64,000 nt of DNA from assembly GCA_045649005.1 (NCBI GenBank), contig JAZRPC010000078.1:7393-71392 (forward strand), given 5' to 3'. The stretch's first letter is position 1. Every line of letters starts with the position of its first letter. The notes under the pieces were generated by a model, which was given only the letters and a program-made list of their open reading frames with translations, was not told where the DNA came from and searched no databases. Position numbers and translations under genes: made by a program. This document shows, piece after piece, positions 37,028-47,355 of the stretch. Source of the DNA: Acutalibacteraceae bacterium. Lineage in GTDB: Bacteria > Bacillota > Clostridia > Oscillospirales > Acutalibacteraceae.

Positions 37028-38096
37028 GAAAAGCAAAAACGAACCCGTTTCGGATTTTCAGTATTTCAAGGGTGCTGAAGAAACTGTTTTCAGAACAGAC
37101 GAAACGCAGAAAAAAGAGGTAATAAAACACCTCAAAGCAAAAAAACGCAAAAAAACATTTCTGACTGCCCTCAGTTATATTTTGGCTGCAGTTGTTGTTG
37201 TATCGGGCTTCTTTGTTGGTAAAAAGGGCATTGAAAAATACCTTGTTCTTAAACAGGAAACCGACTTTTACGATTCAGCAGTCATCCCCGATGACGTAAA
37301 AAAAGAGCTTGATACCCTGAGCGAGGCTGAACAGTGGGCGTACCTTTACGAAAAATACCCCGAGCTTCTCGACGTTAAGTTCCCCACAGGCATCCTTTAC
37401 GATTATGCCCTGTATTATGCTAAAAACCCTCAGACGGTCGGCTACCTTAAAATCGACGGCACAAAGGTGGACACACCCGTTGTGCAGGCAGATAATGACA
37501 AATACTATCTCCGCCACGACTTCAACGGCAAATCAACAAGCTACGGTGCAGTTTTCGCATCTTATATAGACGATTTTCAGCCCTTTGACAGAAACACTCT
37601 TCTATACGGTCACAATATGTTTGACGGTGAGCGTTTCGCCGCCCTTGCCAACTACAAGAGCATGGATTATTTCAAAAAGCACCCCATTATTCAGTTTGAC
37701 ACGCTTTTTGAAAAGCATAAATGGAAGGTTTGTGCAGTAATCCTCACAAACGGCTCCGTTGACAGCAACAACGGCTACTTCTTCGATTTCACGTTTGATA
37801 ATTGCTCAGATGCCTGCTTCGAAGAATACATTGAAGAAATAAACAAGCGCAAGCTTTACGACACAGGTGTTGATATTCTTCCCACAGATAAGCTCCTCAC
37901 TCTTTGCACCTGCACCTATGAATTCGACGATGCAAGACTTCTTGTTATTGCGAGAATGGTGCGTGAGGGTGAATCTGAGGAGGTTGACACAAGTCTTGCA
38001 AGGTTTAAAAAAGACCCTGTGAAATACCCCGAAAGCTATTATGACAATCCTCGTCAGAATCCCTACAAAGACGATAAAAAATTCTATTTATATTAA
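37020..38096 (+). CDS. srtB: class B sortase with a long N-terminal TM-anchored extension
   Basis: TM segment FLTALSYILAAVVVVSGFFV, then sortase B motifs (YYLRHDF, LYGHNM, catalytic TLCTCTY, LLVIARMVR). Confidence 0.8.
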   Translation: MSKKSKNEPVSDFQYFKGAEETVFRTDETQKKEVIKHLKAKKRKKTFLTALSYILAAVVVVSGFFVGKKGIEKYLVLKQETDFYDSAVIPDDVKKELDTLSEAEQWAYLYEKYPELLDVKFPTGILYDYALYYAKNPQTVGYLKIDGTKVDTPVVQADNDKYYLRHDFNGKSTSYGAVFASYIDDFQPFDRNTLLYGHNMFDGERFAALANYKSMDYFKKHPIIQFDTLFEKHKWKVCAVILTNGSVDSNNGYFFDFTFDNCSDACFEEYIEEINKRKLYDTGVDILPTDKLLTLCTCTYEFDDARLLVIARMVREGESEEVDTSLARFKKDPVKYPESYYDNPRQNPYKDDKKFYLY

Positions 38097-38107
38097 GAGG
38101 TGTGAAC

Positions 38108-39586
38108 ATGAAAATCAAAGCATTTTCATTTGAACAAAACAGCTACGCTCTTGCCCCCGTTAAGCAGAGCGTTACTGAAAACATCACTGAAAGCGGTATG
38201 TTTTTCGAAAGTTTTTCGGATGCAAACGTCCTCTTCAACGAAATATCCGCCGCTTTATCCTCCAGCGATGCAATCCTTTTGGGTGTTGAAAGCGAGCTTT
38301 TCCTCAAATTCAAGCCCATTCTCATAAAAGCATTCAGCTTTACCCCCGCATACAGCGAAAAAATCGATAAAAAAATCGGTAGCAAAATAACCGATCCCAA
38401 ATTAAGAAAAGCCCACACACTCGTGCCCGACGAGTGCTCCGAGCTTCTTTCGGATGACGGTCTTTTCAGCGGCTTCTACGTTAAATCACAGGAGCAATAT
38501 ATTGTTGTGTTCCCCCTTCTTGAGGATGCACTCCCCCATATGCTCACAGAATCCGACCTTCCCTTCTTTAAAAGCCACGCAAAAAGCGTTTCGGTGCCCG
38601 ACGACGTTGAAATCGACCCCGAATCATTATCACAGGCAGAGGCTATTGTTGCAAAGCTCATAAAAAACGATATAAAGCTTGCAATCCCCTCCACCCCCGC
38701 TGCAAAGCTTCTCAAAGAAGAAATTAAAAATTGCCCCAACAACGAAAACATCGTTTTGTTTACACCCTTTGTTAACGACGAGGGCATCAGCGATCCCAAG
38801 GAATATGCCGCCCAGCTTGCAAAGGGCGCAATGGATTTGAGAAGCACCGAGCTCGGCGCCACAATCTCCAACATCTTCCGTGAAAAGAAGGGTGAAACGG
38901 TTACAAACTATTATTCATTCATAGCAGTTGCAACCGCCGACAAAATCGTTGTTAAAAAGCTTTTTGCCGACACGGGCGAAAACGTTGATAACCTCATAGC
39001 AGAGGCAACAACCGAATTATACGCTATGATGGATAAATACCTTGACGAGGTTATTTTCAAGAAAACAGCCACCGATGAAGAAAAAGCAAAATATGAGCAG
39101 GCTCTTATCGAGGCAGAATATCAGGCAGATGTGCGTCCCTCCGCCTCAATCGGTAAAAAGGGAACAATCGCCGCTATCATAATACTTGCGATTGCGGTTA
39201 TAGTTTGCGTTATTCTCGGCTTTAAATTCGGCGGGTATTTCGTCAAGCCCTCCGACGCACCCGAGGCTCAGTCGCTTCAGTCAGGCGGCACAACCGCAGG
39301 CACCGTTCCGGCTATCCCCGAAAACACAGAGCCCGACTACACAGAATATGATTCCGAGCCCGGCTCGACTACGGATATTTTCGATATTGACCCCACAGAA
39401 AACCTTATCCCCGTGCCCAATACCGACAGACCCGTAATTAACTACACACCCAACAACAATCAGGGCTCAGGCAACAACGAAAAGCCTAAGGAAGACGAAA
39501 CAGAAAAACCAAGCGAAACAGAGAAAGAGACAACCACCGAGCCCAAGGAAGAGCCCACAGAGGACTTTGAGGGTGCTGAGTGGTAA
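38108..39586 (+). CDS. hypothetical protein with one TM near the C-terminus and a Pro/Thr/Glu-rich tail
   Basis: ATG at 38108 follows AAGAGGTG. The TM is IAAIIILAIAVIVCVILGF, and the tail is low-complexity (ETEKPSETEKETTTEPKEEPTED). I recognise no family. Confidence 0.55.
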   Translation: MKIKAFSFEQNSYALAPVKQSVTENITESGMFFESFSDANVLFNEISAALSSSDAILLGVESELFLKFKPILIKAFSFTPAYSEKIDKKIGSKITDPKLRKAHTLVPDECSELLSDDGLFSGFYVKSQEQYIVVFPLLEDALPHMLTESDLPFFKSHAKSVSVPDDVEIDPESLSQAEAIVAKLIKNDIKLAIPSTPAAKLLKEEIKNCPNNENIVLFTPFVNDEGISDPKEYAAQLAKGAMDLRSTELGATISNIFREKKGETVTNYYSFIAVATADKIVVKKLFADTGENVDNLIAEATTELYAMMDKYLDEVIFKKTATDEEKAKYEQALIEAEYQADVRPSASIGKKGTIAAIIILAIAVIVCVILGFKFGGYFVKPSDAPEAQSLQSGGTTAGTVPAIPENTEPDYTEYDSEPGSTTDIFDIDPTENLIPVPNTDRPVINYTPNNNQGSGNNEKPKEDETEKPSETEKETTTEPKEEPTEDFEGAEW

Positions 39587-39616
39587 TAACGCTGATTATA
39601 TAAAGGAGAGATATTT

Positions 39617-40633
39617 ATGGCAGTACTCGTAACAGGCGGCGCCGGCTACATCGGCTCCCACACAGCTATTGAATTGCTCAATTCAGGCAAGGATATAGTT
39701 ATCATTGACAACTTCTATAACAGTTGCCCCAAGGTTCTTGACAGAATCAAGGAGCTTTCAGGCAAAAGCTTTGCATTCGAAGAATGCGACATCAGAGATG
39801 CCGATGGTCTCAGAAAGGTGTTCGATAAATACGACATTGACTCCGTCATCCATTTCGCAGGTCTCAAGGCAGTTGGCGAATCATGTCAGAAGCCCTTGCT
39901 TTATTACGAAAACAACATCAGCGGTACCGTTACTCTTTGTGAGGTTATGGCTGAAAAGGGCTGTAAGAAAATGGTTTTCAGCTCATCCGCAACTGTTTAC
40001 GGCGAACACAACATTTCACCCCTCAACGAAACAATGAAAACAGGCGGCACAACAAACCCCTACGGCACAACAAAATATTTTATTGAGCAGATTCTCACCG
40101 ACACCGCAAAGGCTGACCCGGAATGGAGCGTTTGTCTTCTCAGATACTTCAACCCCATCGGCGCTCACGAAAGCGGCAAAATCGGTGAAAGCCCCAACGG
40201 AATCCCCAACAACCTTATGCCCTACATAACACAGGTTGCTGAAGGCAAGCGTGAATTTCTCAACGTTTACGGCGACGATTACGACACACCCGACGGCACC
40301 GGTGTGCGTGACTATATCCACGTTGTTGACCTTGCCAAGGGTCACCTCAAGGCATTGGATAAAATCACAGCAGAAAACGGCACATTTGTTTACAATCTCG
40401 GCACAGGCACAGGCTACAGCGTTCTGGAGGTTGTTGCCGCATTCGAAAAGGCTTCAGGCGTTAAGGTTCCATATAAAATCGCACCCCGTCGCCCCGGCGA
40501 CCTTGCAACCTGCTACTCCGACCCCTCAAAGGCACAGCGTGAGCTTGGTTGGAAGGCAGAAAAAGGCATTGATGAAATGTGTGCCGATTCCTACAGATGG
40601 CAACACAACAACCCCAACGGTTACGAGGACTGA
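39617..40633 (+). CDS. galE: UDP-glucose 4-epimerase
   Basis: GGAGYIGSH Rossmann motif, YGTTK catalytic Tyr-x3-Lys, 338 aa. Confidence 0.92.
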   Translation: MAVLVTGGAGYIGSHTAIELLNSGKDIVIIDNFYNSCPKVLDRIKELSGKSFAFEECDIRDADGLRKVFDKYDIDSVIHFAGLKAVGESCQKPLLYYENNISGTVTLCEVMAEKGCKKMVFSSSATVYGEHNISPLNETMKTGGTTNPYGTTKYFIEQILTDTAKADPEWSVCLLRYFNPIGAHESGKIGESPNGIPNNLMPYITQVAEGKREFLNVYGDDYDTPDGTGVRDYIHVVDLAKGHLKALDKITAENGTFVYNLGTGTGYSVLEVVAAFEKASGVKVPYKIAPRRPGDLATCYSDPSKAQRELGWKAEKGIDEMCADSYRWQHNNPNGYED

Positions 40634-40639
40634 TAATTT

Positions 40640-42487
40640 TTGCAATTTGTTCCCTTTAATTCAAGAGACATAAAGCACAAATCAAAATTCGGCAGCATAG
40701 CCTCAAACGAAAGTTTGAGGCTTTGTGTTCTTATGCCCCGTTCCTTTTCCTGCAACAAGGTTACCCTCGTTTGCCACGCCGACGGCAAAGAGCCCTTCTG
40801 CAAGGACCTTTTCTGGTGCGGCATGAACGGCGAAAACGAGGAGTGGTGGGATATTACCCTCTCCTTTGAAACGGGTCTTTATTTTTACCACTTCACCTAT
40901 GAAACACCCTTTGGCACGGGTAACATTTTTCTTCGCTCATCCGGTTGTGGTGAATTTGCACCCGACGGCAAGGAATGGCAGTTAACTGTTTTTGACAAAG
41001 GCTACAAAACACCTGATTGGATAAAGGGTGGCATAATGTACCAGATTTTCCCCGACCGCTTTAATATTGGTAATGCTGATATTCAAAATGTTCCCGATGA
41101 CAGAATAATTCACCAATCCACAAAAGAAGAACCCGTCTGGCAGCCAAACGAGCACGGGAAAATACTTAACAACGATTACTTCGGCGGTAACCTCAAGGGC
41201 ATTGAAGAAAAGCTACCCTATATAGCCGGCTTGGGAGTAAACGTCATTTATCTCAACCCCATTTTTGAGGCTCATTCAAACCACCGCTACAACACCGCTG
41301 ATTACAGCAAAATCGACCCGCTTCTCGGCTCCGAAAAGGATTTTTGTGACCTTTGCAAAGCTGCCGAAAAGCACAACATTAAAATAATTCTCGACGGTGT
41401 TTTCAGCCACACGGGCTCAGACAGCATCTATTTCAACCGTGAACAGCGCTACAACAGTGCGGGTGCCTTCAACGCAGAAAACAGCCCCTATAAAGACTGG
41501 TTCACCTTTGAGGCAGATGGTAAATATAAATCCTGGTGGGGCATAGACACCCTCCCCGAAACGAACGAAGAAAACGACAGCTTTATTGAATACGTGGCAG
41601 GCAAAAACGGAATCGCTAAAAAGTGGCTTGATGCGGGTGCGTACGGCTACCGCCTTGACGTTGCCGATGAATTGCCCGACAAATTTCTTGATGCATTCAC
41701 AAAAGCCGTAAAATCAATTAACGACGATTACCTCGTTATAGGTGAGGTGTGGGAGGATGCAAGCAACAAATTCAGCCACGGCGGCAGGCGTCGCTACCTT
41801 TTGGGAGAACAGCTTGACAGCGTAATGAACTACCCCTTTGCAAATGCCATTCTCACCTTTGTGCGTTACGGCGTGGCAGAGAATTTTATGGAATCCGTGG
41901 TGTCAATCTGTGAAAACTACCCCAAATGCGCCCTTGATTGTATGATGAACCACATTGGCACCCACGACACCGCAAGAGTTCTCACAAGCGTTATATTCGA
42001 CGAAATAGAGCATAAGCCACGAAACATTCAAGCAACCTACAAGCTCAGCGAAAGTGACTGCAAGAAAGCAAAATCACTTCTCAAAACCGCCTCTGTTCTT
42101 CAATACACTCTGCCCGGCTTCCCCTCTCTTTACTATGGTGATGAAGCAGGTATGCAGGGTGGCGGCGACCCATTTAACCGAGGCTTTTTCCCTTGGGGGA
42201 ATGAAGACATCGACCTTCTCCAATGGTATAAGGAGCTCGGTAAAATAAGAAATAGCCTCACCTGTCTCAGAGACGGTGTTTTCAAACCATATTCCGCAAT
42301 GCTCTCGTGCGTGGCATACACAAGAGAAAGCGAAAACGAAAAGATATTCGTTATCGCTAACATGAACCCCCACGAAATTGACTATTATCTACCCGAGGAA
42401 TTTAAGTACAAAAGCGAATTGCTCACAGGTACCCGTACCTCGGATTTTGTGAAAATCAAGCCATACGGCACAGCTATAATAAAATAA
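40640..42487 (+). CDS. glycoside hydrolase family 13 (neopullulanase/cyclomaltodextrinase-like alpha-amylase)
   Basis: GH13 conserved regions DGVFSHTG, GYRLDVADE, EVWED and NHIGTHD are present. The TTG start at 40640 preserves the N-terminal domain. Confidence 0.85.
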   Translation: MQFVPFNSRDIKHKSKFGSIASNESLRLCVLMPRSFSCNKVTLVCHADGKEPFCKDLFWCGMNGENEEWWDITLSFETGLYFYHFTYETPFGTGNIFLRSSGCGEFAPDGKEWQLTVFDKGYKTPDWIKGGIMYQIFPDRFNIGNADIQNVPDDRIIHQSTKEEPVWQPNEHGKILNNDYFGGNLKGIEEKLPYIAGLGVNVIYLNPIFEAHSNHRYNTADYSKIDPLLGSEKDFCDLCKAAEKHNIKIILDGVFSHTGSDSIYFNREQRYNSAGAFNAENSPYKDWFTFEADGKYKSWWGIDTLPETNEENDSFIEYVAGKNGIAKKWLDAGAYGYRLDVADELPDKFLDAFTKAVKSINDDYLVIGEVWEDASNKFSHGGRRRYLLGEQLDSVMNYPFANAILTFVRYGVAENFMESVVSICENYPKCALDCMMNHIGTHDTARVLTSVIFDEIEHKPRNIQATYKLSESDCKKAKSLLKTASVLQYTLPGFPSLYYGDEAGMQGGGDPFNRGFFPWGNEDIDLLQWYKELGKIRNSLTCLRDGVFKPYSAMLSCVAYTRESENEKIFVIANMNPHEIDYYLPEEFKYKSELLTGTRTSDFVKIKPYGTAIIK

Positions 42488-42521
42488 AGTGTATTCAGCT
42501 TGTCGCTGAATACACTTTTTT
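42486..42521. terminator. bidirectional terminator
   Basis: Stem aaagtgtattcagc / gctgaatacacttt, loop ttgtc, flanked by A/T runs. Confidence 0.75.
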
Positions 42522-42528
42522 ATGTTTA

Positions 42529-44832
42529 TTAATAAGCATCGCAATAGAGCTTGCCCGCCTCTGCATCAATGCCCTTAACCGCCATCAATTCCGAAACGGT
42601 AACTAACTGGTAGCCCTCTTTAACAAGCCAGGGAACAATGGTCTCCGTGGCAGATGCGGTTGAGCCGTAAAGGTCGTGCATAAGCACTATTGAGCCGTCA
42701 CGCACGTCTTTTTTGATTGCCGAAACAACGCTGGAGGCGTTTCTGTTTTTCCAGTCCAATGTGTCAACAGACCAGTTGAACATGGGGTACATAACCGAGC
42801 TTCTCACGGTTGAATTAACCGCACCGCCCGGCGTTCTCACAATAACGGGTGCAACACCTGTTATTTTTTCAACTGCCTTGTTGGTGGCGTTGATTTCTTC
42901 TTTTATTTTTGCCGAGCCCACAGAGGTGAGAATCGTGTGATTATATGTGTGGTTACCGATTTCACAGCCCATTTCAAAGCTCCGCTTTATGCAATCCTTA
43001 TATGTGTTAACCCTTGAGCCGACAACAAAGAATGTTGCTCTTGCATCGTATTTTTCAAGAGTGTCGAGGATTCTTGTTGTTACGGGTGTGTATGGCCCAT
43101 CGTCATAGGTAAGCGCCACCATAGGCTTGTTGGGGTCAATTCCGTAAATCGTTTTCGCCGTTGAAACAAGGCTGACGTTTTCATCTGTGAGAACGGTTAT
43201 TCTGTAATAATTAAGCTTTCCGAACGCAGGCTTTTTGTGAACGTATTCCGTGTTCTTCTTGCCCTTTATTTCGGCAACCTTTTTCCAATCCTCGCCCTCT
43301 GCTTTGCGCTCGATTTTGTAGCCTGTTGCAAGCTCGGATTTACTCCAACCGATAACAACGCCGTTTGGCGAATGTGCAAGCATCAATTCGGGAGCAAGTG
43401 CGAAAATAACCTTTAACCCGTTTTTGTCATAACTGCCCTTATAAGAGCCTTTGATTTGCTTTACGGTGTAATAATATGTTTTGCCGTCCTTGGCGGTTGT
43501 GTCAGAGAATGATGTTTTGCCCTTGCCCACACTGCCAAGCTTTTTCCACGAGCCCGCTTTGCTGTCTTTCCTGTAAACAATATATTCATCGGCAGAGCCC
43601 ATATTCTTCCAACTGATTTTAACACCCGAACGGCTGCAGGTTGCCTTTATGCTTTCAGGGGTTTTCAAGGCGAGGCACTCAACACTCTTTGTTGATTTTG
43701 CACTTTTTACGTTATCCGCCGTAACGGAAGCAACGCTGTAAAGATATTTTTCGCCGTTTTTAATGGCGGAATCTGTGTATTTTTCACCTTTAACCGTGCC
43801 GATTTTTGCCCACTCGGTGTTGGCGGTTTTTCTGTAAACAACGTATTTCACAGCACCCTCCGCCTTGCTCCATTTAACAACAATTTTGTCGCTTGTATTG
43901 GTTGCAGATTTCATAATCGGTGCGTTTATGTATGTTATTGTCAGCCCTGTGTGATAACCGCTGATGCTGTTTTTCGTTTTTGCCTTGACGGTGTAGGTGT
44001 ATTCCGAGCCGCCTGAAACCGATTTATCCGAATAACTGTTTTTATCGCCGCCAACCGTTGCAACCCTTAACCAGGCTGAGCCGTTGGTTTTTTTATAAAT
44101 CACGTATTCATCGGCATTGGGACATTTCTGCCATTCAAATTTAACAAATCCGTCGCCGTTTGACACCTTTTTTGGTGCGGGGGCTTGTATAAAGGGCTTG
44201 CTTTTTTTTGCACTTGCCGCACTTTGCTCCCCGCCCTTGAGAGCAATAATTTTATATTGATTGCTGACCCCTGCCTTAACATCCCTGTCAACGAATTCGG
44301 TTTTTGCGGGGTCTGTAATTTTTGCAATTCTTTTATATTTCGTATTTACGCTTTTATAAATAACATAGCCGTCAGAACCTTCTGAAAACTTCCATTCAAA
44401 ACGGATTCCCTCAACCGCATTTTCAAGAGTCGTTATCCTCGGGCAAGGGATATGCGTAAGCTCTGCGCCATCGGTTAGGGGGCTATCGTTATATGCATTA
44501 TATGAGCAAACGGAATATGTATATTTTTCACCGCCCGAAACGTTCACGTCGCTATATGAATTAATATAGCAGCCCCTCAGATCTGCGATTTCTTCATTTT
44601 CACCGCCGTTTGTGCTTCGATATATTTTGTAGCCCGCAACGTTTTCCGCCGGGCTCCAGGTGATGCACACACCCGTTACCGAGTTAGAAGCAGAAACCGC
44701 CTCAGGTGACGGGGGGATAATATTTCTGCTGTCGCCTGCAAGTGTGAATGACGTTGCACAGAATGTAAACACCGCAACAACCAGGGAAAGCACAAGTGAT
44801 TTCAAAAGTATTTTTTTCATTTTCTTCTCCAA
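42529..44832 (-). CDS. secreted polysaccharide deacetylase (NodB domain) with six Fn3-like repeats
   Basis: A signal peptide is followed by six ~85-aa modules, each with a W...GY.IYR/K...Y.Y.V pattern. The C-terminal NodB motifs are LTYDDGP, GNHTYNH and LMHD. Confidence 0.85.
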   Translation of the reverse strand: MEKKMKKILLKSLVLSLVVAVFTFCATSFTLAGDSRNIIPPSPEAVSASNSVTGVCITWSPAENVAGYKIYRSTNGGENEEIADLRGCYINSYSDVNVSGGEKYTYSVCSYNAYNDSPLTDGAELTHIPCPRITTLENAVEGIRFEWKFSEGSDGYVIYKSVNTKYKRIAKITDPAKTEFVDRDVKAGVSNQYKIIALKGGEQSAASAKKSKPFIQAPAPKKVSNGDGFVKFEWQKCPNADEYVIYKKTNGSAWLRVATVGGDKNSYSDKSVSGGSEYTYTVKAKTKNSISGYHTGLTITYINAPIMKSATNTSDKIVVKWSKAEGAVKYVVYRKTANTEWAKIGTVKGEKYTDSAIKNGEKYLYSVASVTADNVKSAKSTKSVECLALKTPESIKATCSRSGVKISWKNMGSADEYIVYRKDSKAGSWKKLGSVGKGKTSFSDTTAKDGKTYYYTVKQIKGSYKGSYDKNGLKVIFALAPELMLAHSPNGVVIGWSKSELATGYKIERKAEGEDWKKVAEIKGKKNTEYVHKKPAFGKLNYYRITVLTDENVSLVSTAKTIYGIDPNKPMVALTYDDGPYTPVTTRILDTLEKYDARATFFVVGSRVNTYKDCIKRSFEMGCEIGNHTYNHTILTSVGSAKIKEEINATNKAVEKITGVAPVIVRTPGGAVNSTVRSSVMYPMFNWSVDTLDWKNRNASSVVSAIKKDVRDGSIVLMHDLYGSTASATETIVPWLVKEGYQLVTVSELMAVKGIDAEAGKLYCDAY

Positions 44833-44940
44833 AAGTGTTGATACATATATTATACTCTCTTGCAGAAAAAATCACAATACACAATTCCCTTTTTTATTAC
44901 ATTTTCCGACATTTATTTTCCTTATTTTTCTTTCTATTCG

Positions 44941-44969
44941 TTGACAAGGCTTTTTAAAAATATTACAAT
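44941..44969 (+). promoter_or_regulatory. consensus sigma-A promoter
   Basis: TTGACA (44941-44946), 17-nt spacer, TACAAT (44964-44969). Confidence 0.6.
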
Positions 44970-44986
44970 AATTATTCAGAGTTTTT

Positions 44987-46075
44987 TTGAAAGGGTGTGG
45001 TGTTGTGAGCGACAAATCATATGGCATTTCTCTTGTTATTTTATCCTGCTTTGCTTCTGTTGTCCTTATTCTGGGAACTGTTCTTTGCCTTTTCCCCATA
45101 AAACACGAAATAACAGCACCAACAGAAAATCCGCCTGTAACCGAGGCTGTTGCCACCCCCACTATTGTTGATGATTCTGCACCCGAAAGCTTTGATTCAA
45201 TAATTTCAACAATCTCGCTTTTAAAAAGCACCTATCCCGACATTCTCGGTGTGCACACAGCGGGCTATTCAGAAAACGGACGTGAGCTTATGATGCTCAA
45301 ACTCGGCACGGGTGAAAAAAAGGCACTTCTCGTCGGTGCAATCCACGCACGTGAGCATATCACAACTAAATACCTTTTAAGGGTGACGGAGGATTATTGC
45401 CGTGCCTTTTACAGTCAATCGGGCTACTACGGTGCATACAATATAAAAGCGCTACTGAGTGAATATACCCTTTATATAATCCCCTGCACAAACCCCGACG
45501 GTCTTGAGATAATCTCCGGCAGGCAAAGCGTGAAAAACGGTGTACGTGTTTCAGAGCTCTCAGAATACAAATCAAACGCCAACGGAGTTGACCTTAACAG
45601 AAACTTCCCCCTTGCCTGGGATTACATAAACAACAACGTTCATTCCCCCGCAGATTATTATTTCAAGGGCTATGAAAGCGGCTCCGAGGCAGAAACAAAA
45701 GCTCTTATGAATCTTTGTGAAAAAAATGGTTTCGATTTTCTCATTTCATTTCACATAAAAGGCAACTGCATTTTCTGGGGCGACAACCACAACACACAAA
45801 ACAACGCCCTTTACAAAGCCTTTGCCACCGACATTGCCGCTCCTTGCTCATTGTATCTTCCCGACCCAACCAAGAAAGCCAAGGACTATGGCGGGGGCTT
45901 TGAAAACTGGTTCAGACACACCTTTAACAAGCCCGGTATATGTATTGAGCTTGCCGACAACGAAAATAAAATTCTCCCCTTAGCAGATGCAAACTACAAG
46001 GATTTTGAATCATTCGTAAACTACGAAAAAACATCATTCGCCCCTGCGGCGGCTATGGCATCCGCCAATAAATAA
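44987..46075 (+). CDS. M14 family zinc carboxypeptidase (gamma-D-glutamyl-meso-DAP peptidase-like)
   Basis: N-terminal TM, zinc motif HAREHIT, later NPDG and DLNRNFP. The start is uncertain: TTG at 44987 or GTG at 45005. Confidence 0.8.
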   Translation: MKGCGVVSDKSYGISLVILSCFASVVLILGTVLCLFPIKHEITAPTENPPVTEAVATPTIVDDSAPESFDSIISTISLLKSTYPDILGVHTAGYSENGRELMMLKLGTGEKKALLVGAIHAREHITTKYLLRVTEDYCRAFYSQSGYYGAYNIKALLSEYTLYIIPCTNPDGLEIISGRQSVKNGVRVSELSEYKSNANGVDLNRNFPLAWDYINNNVHSPADYYFKGYESGSEAETKALMNLCEKNGFDFLISFHIKGNCIFWGDNHNTQNNALYKAFATDIAAPCSLYLPDPTKKAKDYGGGFENWFRHTFNKPGICIELADNENKILPLADANYKDFESFVNYEKTSFAPAAAMASANK

Positions 46076-46089
46076 GAAAAGAGAAGCTT

Positions 46090-47355
46090 ATGAAAACCCA
46101 ACAATATCTTGAAAACAAAAAACTTTCCACGTTGATTTTCGCCGCCTGCTTTGCGGCATACACCTCCTCATATATCGGCAGAATCAACCTTTCTGCGGCA
46201 CTTCCCGCAATTATCGGCGAGGGTCTTTTCACAAAATCCCAAGCCGGCATAATAGGCTCCGCCTTCTTTTTTGTCTATGGTGCGTTTCAGATAATCAACG
46301 GCTTTCTCGGTGATAAAATTTCACCCTTTAAAATGATTATCACCGGCACCTTCCTTTCGGGGCTTGCCAACATAGCCATGACAATGTGCTCATCAAATAT
46401 TGCTATGGCTGTGATATGGGGCTTCAACGGCTTCGCCCTCTCGCTTCTGTGGTCGGCAATTCTCAAAATCCTCGCAAACATCATTAACGACGATATGCGC
46501 CAGAAAGCCTGCCTCAACATAAGCGCAACGCTCCCCATCGGCACGGTTGTGGCATATCTGCTGGCTTCACTTTCCATAAAATTCCTCAACTGGCGATATG
46601 TATTTTATATTCCTGCGGCAATCCTTATTATTGTCTGCGTTTTCTTCACATCAGCATATTTCACAATAAAGCCCCACATAACTCAAAGGGCAATTCAGAC
46701 CCCCACCTCAACGGGTAAAGACCCCAAAAAATCCTCAACTGTAAAGCTCTTACCCTTGCTACTGCTTGCAGGTGTGTTTATAGTTCTCCCCGCCGACGCC
46801 ATTCACGGCGCCATAAAAGAGGGCATCACAACCTGGGTGCCCACAATGATAACCGAGGTTTATTCAACCGACGCTTCATTCTCGGCATTTCTTTCAATTC
46901 TTTTGCCAATATTCAACCTTTCGGGAGTTTATATCATCACCCCCGTTTACAATAAGCTTTTCAAGAAAAACGAGTTGAAAACCGCCGCCGCAATCCTCAC
47001 CTTTGCGCTGGCACCCCTTTCACTTCTCATTTTCATAAAAGACCTTCCCATAATTGTCAGCGTCGCTCTGCTTGCAGTTATCACCACCGCTATGCACGCC
47101 TTCAACTATATGATAATCACTCTTGTGCCAATGCGCTTTGCATTCTGCTCAAGAACCGCAACCGTCACAGGCATTATGAATGCCACCGCCTACGTCGGCT
47201 GTGCCGCCGCTTCATACGGCTTCGGTGTTATCTCAGACAAAATCGGCTGGAACGGTACTATTGTTGTCTGGCTTGTGCTTGACGCTGTGGGAATGCTCAT
47301 AACACTTCTTGCAACAGGCAAGTGGAAACGCTTTATTAAAGGAGAAAGCAAATGA
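46090..47355 (+). CDS. MFS transporter (organophosphate:Pi antiporter-like N-terminal signature)
   Basis: 421 aa with 12 TMs and the motif YIGRINLSAALP. Confidence 0.8.
   Translation: MKTQQYLENKKLSTLIFAACFAAYTSSYIGRINLSAALPAIIGEGLFTKSQAGIIGSAFFFVYGAFQIINGFLGDKISPFKMIITGTFLSGLANIAMTMCSSNIAMAVIWGFNGFALSLLWSAILKILANIINDDMRQKACLNISATLPIGTVVAYLLASLSIKFLNWRYVFYIPAAILIIVCVFFTSAYFTIKPHITQRAIQTPTSTGKDPKKSSTVKLLPLLLLAGVFIVLPADAIHGAIKEGITTWVPTMITEVYSTDASFSAFLSILLPIFNLSGVYIITPVYNKLFKKNELKTAAAILTFALAPLSLLIFIKDLPIIVSVALLAVITTAMHAFNYMIITLVPMRFAFCSRTATVTGIMNATAYVGCAAASYGFGVISDKIGWNGTIVVWLVLDAVGMLITLLATGKWKRFIKGESK

Noticed and set aside
39290-39586. Low-complexity Pro/Thr/Glu-coding DNA with short repeats (gaaaca/gagaaa).
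   Set aside because: It is the coding tail of the 493-aa protein. It has no regular spacer/repeat organisation and is not a CRISPR or a VNTR of clear unit length.
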